Assembly: GCA_041389085.1 (NCBI GenBank)
Contig: JAWKSL010000002.1
Span: forward strand, 14,556 to 78,555
Length of the DNA stretch: 64,000 bases
Reading direction: 5' to 3'
Source: Minisyncoccota bacterium
GTDB lineage: Bacteria; Patescibacteriota; Minisyncoccia; UBA6257; 1-14-0-10-44-23
Shown: piece after piece, positions 59,169 through 64,000 of the stretch
Numbering within the stretch: position 1 is the stretch's first letter
Layout of the letters: every line of letters begins with the position of its first letter
Program-made: the position numbers and the translations under genes
The notes under the pieces: model-generated
The model's database searches: none
The model's input: the letters and a program-made list of their open reading frames with translations, nothing else
What the model was told of the DNA's origin: nothing

Positions 59169-60032
59169 GTGAAAATTTCTGAAAAATCCTTAGGAATTGT
59201 CGCTGGAGGTGGCGGAATGCGCTGCGCTTATAGTGCGGGTGTGCTTTACGCCTTAGCAAAGGAGCTTGAGCTTAAGGCGCCAAAATACCTGGTTGGAAGT
59301 AGCGGTACTGCAGCTACGGCTTTAATGTATGCGCTCAAGGAATATGAGCTTTTGAAGAGAGTGTGGATAAAAGACCTTTCTCTAGAAGAGCACCGCAGAC
59401 TTATTGCACGCTGGCGACTTTTAAAAATATTTGATGTGGACTATTTGGTAGATGAAATCATTAAGCCTTACGAGCGGCCAGCTCACGACAAAATTTTGCG
59501 TGAGAGCAGGACCAATCTTTTTCTCGCTGCTACCGGTGCGGACAATGGGCGTGTAGACTTTTTTGACGTACGAAAAGAGAAAAAGCACGCGGTGTATGAG
59601 ATACTTCGTGCCTCGAAAGCTATACCAGTAGCGTTTCGGCGCAAGGTCATGCTTGCTGGGCGGCGCTATGTAGACGGGGCTATTGGCGCACCGCTTGTAG
59701 ACAGTGTGCGTTTTCTTGAAGAGAAGGGGGCAAAGAACGTTTTAGTGATCAAAAATGAGTACGGTATACCGTTTACCAACAAAGTGATGTTTTGGATTTA
59801 CTCATGGCTCGTAAACAAGCGACTCGGGAAATCTATACGCCGCTACGTGCGACAAAATGATAGAGACATCCTTGCTCTTGAGGGAGTAAACGTTTTTATT
59901 CTTGAGCCAAGCCGTCGACTTAAGGCGAGCTCGCTCAGTTTGAAGCGAGAGAAGCTTGAAGACGCCTTTAACTTGGGAGTTTCAGACGTGAAAACGAGCG
60001 GGAGTTTGCACTCGTTTCTCGCGCATTTGTAG
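59169..60032 (+). CDS. patatin-like phospholipase
   Basis: Oxyanion motif GGGMRCAYSAGV and GSSGT nucleophile elbow (GxSxG). GTG start. Confidence 0.8.
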   Translation: MKISEKSLGIVAGGGGMRCAYSAGVLYALAKELELKAPKYLVGSSGTAATALMYALKEYELLKRVWIKDLSLEEHRRLIARWRLLKIFDVDYLVDEIIKPYERPAHDKILRESRTNLFLAATGADNGRVDFFDVRKEKKHAVYEILRASKAIPVAFRRKVMLAGRRYVDGAIGAPLVDSVRFLEEKGAKNVLVIKNEYGIPFTNKVMFWIYSWLVNKRLGKSIRRYVRQNDRDILALEGVNVFILEPSRRLKASSLSLKREKLEDAFNLGVSDVKTSGSLHSFLAHL

Positions 60033-60154
60033 TTGTGCCGGAGGTGGGACCCCGATGCTTCGAGCGGGGCATGCTTGAACTCTCACGCCGTTAGGCACAG
60101 GATTTTGCCCCGATGGGAATTTAAAAATTCCAACGGGGTAAAAATCCTAACTTT

Positions 60155-60238
60155 GGTGCCGGAGGTGGGACTTGAACCCACACACCTTGCGGTACGGGGT
60201 TTTGAATCCCGCGCGTCTACCAGTTCCGCCACTCCGGC
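60155..60238 (-). tRNA. tRNA-Leu (anticodon CAA), type II
   Basis: Reverse complement folds with acceptor GCCGGAG/CTCCGGC, D arm GCGGAACTGGTAGACGC, anticodon loop TTCAAAA, long variable arm and T arm GTGGGTTCAAGTCCCAC. CCA encoded. Confidence 0.85.
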
Positions 60239-60364
60239 ATATGCCTTGGATCTCGTGGTCGCCATAGGCGACTAAATCTACCAGTTTCCGCCACTTTACT
60301 CGCCTCTGGCAGTCCGGCATGTTTACTTATACATTTAAGGTCAGATGTCTGCTAAAATCAAGGT

Positions 60365-61574
60365 ATGAATCAGCAGCCACTTCCACAAGCAGAGCCTGTT
60401 TTTCTTGTTGAAACAGATAAGATTGTCGCAAACCCTTATCAGCCGCGACGACATTTTGATGAAGAAAAGCTTAAGGACTTGGCGAACTCTATTCGTGAGC
60501 TGGGAATTTTGCAGCCACTAGTAGTAACTAAAGTAGAAGAAGACAGTCCGCAGGGGCTTGCTATTCGCTACGAGCTTATCGCCGGAGAGCGACGACTTCC
60601 GTGCATCTCGCATGCTTGGGCTTGCTCGTGTGCCAGCTATTGTGAAGAACGTGAAACTCGATCAGCACCGCCTTGAAATGGCGATTGTTGAAAACGTGCA
60701 GCGCGCAGACCTTAACGCTATTGAAGCTGCAAAGGCTTACAATCGTTTGCAGGATGAGTTTAATCTCACGCAACGTGAGATAGCGAGCAGGGTAGGAAAG
60801 AGTAGAGCTTCGATTGCAAACACAATGCGCCTTTTGAGTTTGCCAAGCGAAGTGCAAGAGGCAGTTGGCTCTGGGAGGGTAAGCGAAAGCCAAGCGCGCC
60901 TTTTGATGACTATCGACGATGCGGCGAGTCAGAGCAGAATTTTTAAAGAAATATTGTTTAAGAACTTAAGTGTTCGTGAACTTAAGAATGAAATAGAGAA
61001 GTATCGTCGCGATGCTCGTGTACCACAAAAGCAATCTATGTTTAGCAGAGACCCTGTGGCTCTAAACCTGCAGAGAGCTCTTGAAGAGTTTTTGGGTGCT
61101 GATGTGCGCCTTGATTCGAGCGGAGAGAGCGGAAAGATAACAATTCGTTTTCAATCTAAGGAAGAGCTTCAGGCTATTGTAGAAAAGATGACCTCACACG
61201 AGAGTGTTGATACGCACCAGACTGTAAGCAATATGTATGAGCGCACTCAGCAGACCGATGTAAGCGGCATGATGGGACTTGATACCTCACTTTCAGAACC
61301 ATCCTCCTTCGCTAACCCTCCTTCGCACGAAGCTACGGAAGGGCAAGGAGCTATGGCGGACAAGGAGCCTGTGCGCGAAGAGCCTGTTCAAGTAGAAAAT
61401 AGTTTTGATATGAGCGACGTTGTTGCGCCACCAGCTGTACAGTCAGAAATAGAAGATACTTTCCACACTACTGAGCAAGCGCATGAAGATTCTTTGCCGA
61501 TGGAGCAGCCTGAGCACGACATACTTGCTAGCTACGGATTTGGAGGAGAGGATACGCAAAGCAACTCTTTTTAA
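60365..61574 (+). CDS. parB: ParB/Spo0J partition protein, apparent +1 frameshift near 60598 (split ORFs 60365..60676 and 60558..61574)
   Basis: ParB box YELIAGERRL...RASRMLGLARVPAIV is split between two frames at cttCCgtgc. HTH and C-terminal dimerisation regions follow. Confidence 0.7.
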
Positions 61575-61619
61575 AAATAAACACCCCATGCGCGTGAACG
61601 CATAGGGTGCAAGCTGCGC

Positions 61620-61889
61620 CTAGCAACCGTAGGGTTGAGGCGTCTGTGTTTGGAGTTGCTCGGTGCTTGATGCGACGGAGTGCACGCTGAGAGCGCAGTC
61701 GCTCAGGTCTTGCCCGGTGACTCCCTTGCACACTTCGGTGAAGAAGGCTCCCCACTGAGCCTTGGCTTCTTCAGCACAGATCTTGTCGTCGGCGATGAGG
61801 CCGGCGACGATCTTGATTGGCTCGCTGTTGAGTGGGAAGTCGACGATCTTGTCGCCGCAGCAGATGCGCAAACGAAGCTGCTTTTGCAT
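61620..61889 (-). CDS. small Cys-containing hypothetical protein in a GC-rich segment
   Basis: RBS GGAGGG 5 nt before the ATG; 89 aa; no family recognised. Confidence 0.35.
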   Translation of the reverse strand: MQKQLRLRICCGDKIVDFPLNSEPIKIVAGLIADDKICAEEAKAQWGAFFTEVCKGVTGQDLSDCALSVHSVASSTEQLQTQTPQPYGC

Positions 61890-62093
61890 GATTCCCTCCA
61901 GGGTTGTGACTTATGTCTTATATCGCTTTCCTTTTGTAGCGTCAAGCTACTTTTTCCCCTTTGCAGCTTTGGCGGCTTCTTTCTTCTTTCGCTTTTCAAG
62001 AGCCTCTTGCCCCCGCGTGCTTCACGCGCTGTAGTAAAGCCCAACAGTCAGGCTGGGGCTTACTACGGGGCTACGCTTGCTTCTTCTGGATTT

Positions 62094-64000
62094 CTACTTC
62101 TTTCCTTTCGCAGCTTTCGCGGCCTCTTTCTTCTTTCGCTTTTCAAGAGCCGCTTGCTTCTCTTCTGCGGTGCGTGCTACTGGTGGAACTTTGGTTGGGT
62201 CTTCCCAGGTGGCAAAGTCGCAGTCTGGGTAATTGTTGCAGCCATAAAAGAGGCGGCGGCCACGTCCTCGGGTACGCTTTGCTACGAGCTCGTCTCCACA
62301 TTCAGGGCACTTAACTCCTGTTTTTTGCGGCTCGTTTTCTTTGAGCGGCTTGGCATTTTTACAGTCAGGGAAGGCGGTGCAGGCAAGGAACTTTCCGAAG
62401 CGGCCAAACTTTATCGCCATTTGTGCTCCACACTTTTCACACTTTTCATCGACAACTTCTTCATTGTGCTCTTTGTTTACCTCAGCCATTTTCTCTTCGA
62501 GGTTTTTGTGGAATGGCCCGTAGAACTCTTTCATTATCTTTCGCCAGTCGGCTTTTCCGCTTGCTATTTTGTCGAACTCTTCTTCCATGTTTGCGGTAAA
62601 CTCGAGGTCTACTATTTGAGGGAAGTGTTCTACAAGGAGTTTGTTTACCATTTCTCCGATTTCGGTTGGCTTAAATTTGCCAGCATCTTTTTCTACATAG
62701 TTGCGGGCTTGGATGGTTGAAATAGTTGGCACGTAGGTTGATGGGCGGCCGATACCAAACTCTTCGAGGGTTTTGATAAGGCGTGCTTCACTGTAGCGTG
62801 GTGGTGGTTCGGTAAAGTGCTGTGTTGGGATTACTTGTGCGAGGGTGAGTTTTTCACCTTCGGTAACTTCTGGGATTTCGCGCTCTTCAAACTTTTGTGA
62901 AAATACTTTCAGGAACCCGTCGAACACGAGCTGGCTTCCACTAGTGGTGAGCTGGTAGGTTGAGTTTCCTTTTGCATCTACTTCGAGCTTGCGCGTTTTA
63001 AAACGTGCCTCTGGCATCTGTGAGGCCATAAAGCGCTGCCAGATAAGGCGGTAGAGCTTTCGCGCACCTTCTTCTTTTACGGTTATGTCTTCTGCTGTTG
63101 CTGTGCTTGTTGGGCGGATAGCTTCGTGAGCTTCTTGCGCAAGCTTTGATTTACCCTTAAAGGTTCGTGGGGTTTCAAGTGCGTACTCGTTTCCGAAGGT
63201 TTGGCTAAGATATTCTTTTGCAAACACGAGAGACTCTTTAGAAAGGTTTACTGAGTCGGTTCTCATGTAGGTGATGAGTCCGTTTTCGTACAGCATTTGC
63301 GCAAACATCATGGTGCGCTTTGCTGAATAGCCAAGGCGCGCACTTGCTGTTTGCTGGAGGGTGCTTGTCGTAAATGGAGGGAGGGGAGAGCGCTTCTTTT
63401 CTCCTTCGGTGAGTGAGGCGACGGTGTACTCTGCATTTTTCAAATCTTGCTCAATTTCATCTGCAGTTGTTTTGTTTGGAATCGCGAACTTATCGAGTGT
63501 TTTGTCGTCTTTCTTTTTTAGATCGATAAGGAAGGGCTCTGCCTTTTTGTTTTTCACCTCAGCTTGAATACTCCAGTACTCTTCTGGCTTGAAAGCTTTG
63601 ATTTCGTTTTCGCGATCGACAATAAGGCGCAGTGCTACTGATTGCACGCGACCAGCTGATAGGCCCTTTGCTACTTTTTCCCAGAGAAACGGTGAAAGCT
63701 CGTATCCTACGATGCGGTCGAGTACGCGGCGTGCTTGCTGGGCATCTACAAGCTCATCGATGATGTCGCGTGGGTTTTCGAGCGCGTGGTGAATAGCCGA
63801 CTTGGTGATTTCATGAAAAACAATACGTTTGATTGGAGGCTCTTTTCTTGGAGCTCTAAGTCAACTTTCATTGGGCGCTTACCATGTACCTTTCCTTTTA
63901 CTATTTGCTCAAGGTGCCAGGCAATTGCTTCTCCTTCGCGGTCTTCATCGCTTGCAAGAATAATGTTGGTGCTTTTGCTTGCGAGCTTCTTAATTTCGTT
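62094..64000 (-). CDS. topA: DNA topoisomerase I (3'-partial view: gene start lies beyond the window end); apparent frameshift near 63850..63870 between the Toprim domain and domain 2
   Basis: Toprim [16 protein letters not shown] in one frame upstream; [13 protein letters not shown]...[15 protein letters not shown] continues in another. C-terminal C4 zinc ribbons CEKCGAQM...CTAFPDC and CPECGDEL...CNNYPDC, plus a Lys-rich tail. Confidence 0.85.

Overview
This is a 64 kb window from a small, gene-dense bacterial genome, read with the standard genetic code (TGA terminates several clearly intact genes). Short EF-Ts, truncated ATP synthase delta and epsilon subunits, a split ComEC, prepilin-type pilins, VirD4/TraG-like ATPases, a DUF5671-like membrane protein and a giant Cys-rich surface protein suggest a Patescibacteria/CPR-like organism; this placement is inference only.

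The housekeeping backbone is:
- efp, mnmA, comEC in two pieces, aspS, ndk and lepA;
- hpf, secA, rpsB, tsf and rpmG;
- a complete F0F1 ATP synthase operon, atpZ-like through atpC;
- gdh, a patatin-like lipase, parB and topA;
- a HlyD-type adaptor plus MacB-type ABC exporter.

Nine tRNA genes were found by manual folding: Tyr-GTA, Thr-TGT, a Thr-GGT that appears to carry a small group I intron in the anticodon loop, Trp-CCA, Arg-CCT, Ser-CGA, Ala-GGC, Ser-TGA and Leu-CAA on the minus strand.

Accessory and unusual content:
- The strongest candidate for an undescribed system is an AT-rich, repeat-flanked island directly after tRNA-Ser(TGA). It encodes an XRE-family HTH protein overlapping a compact 333-aa reverse transcriptase with full RT motifs (YVDD palm), preceded by a structured non-coding region. 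This layout resembles a retron or other defence-associated RT.
- Two nearly identical about 290-bp direct repeats drive a tandem duplication of secreted proteins with C-terminal DnaJ-type CxxCxGxG zinc-finger motifs.
- An 81-bp tandem repeat encodes Cys-rich CxxCGE units.
- A murB reading frame is multiply frameshifted.
- A GC-rich desaturase sits next to an MFS-transporter fragment.
- MITE-like palindromic elements lie next to tRNA genes.
- Short direct duplications of tRNA ends occur at Trp, Leu, Tyr and Ala, consistent with integration scars.
- Single frameshifts occur in ydeI-like, parB, topA, a beta-helix surface protein and an MFS gene, pointing to either genome decay or homopolymer indel errors.

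No CRISPR array and no rRNA were seen.
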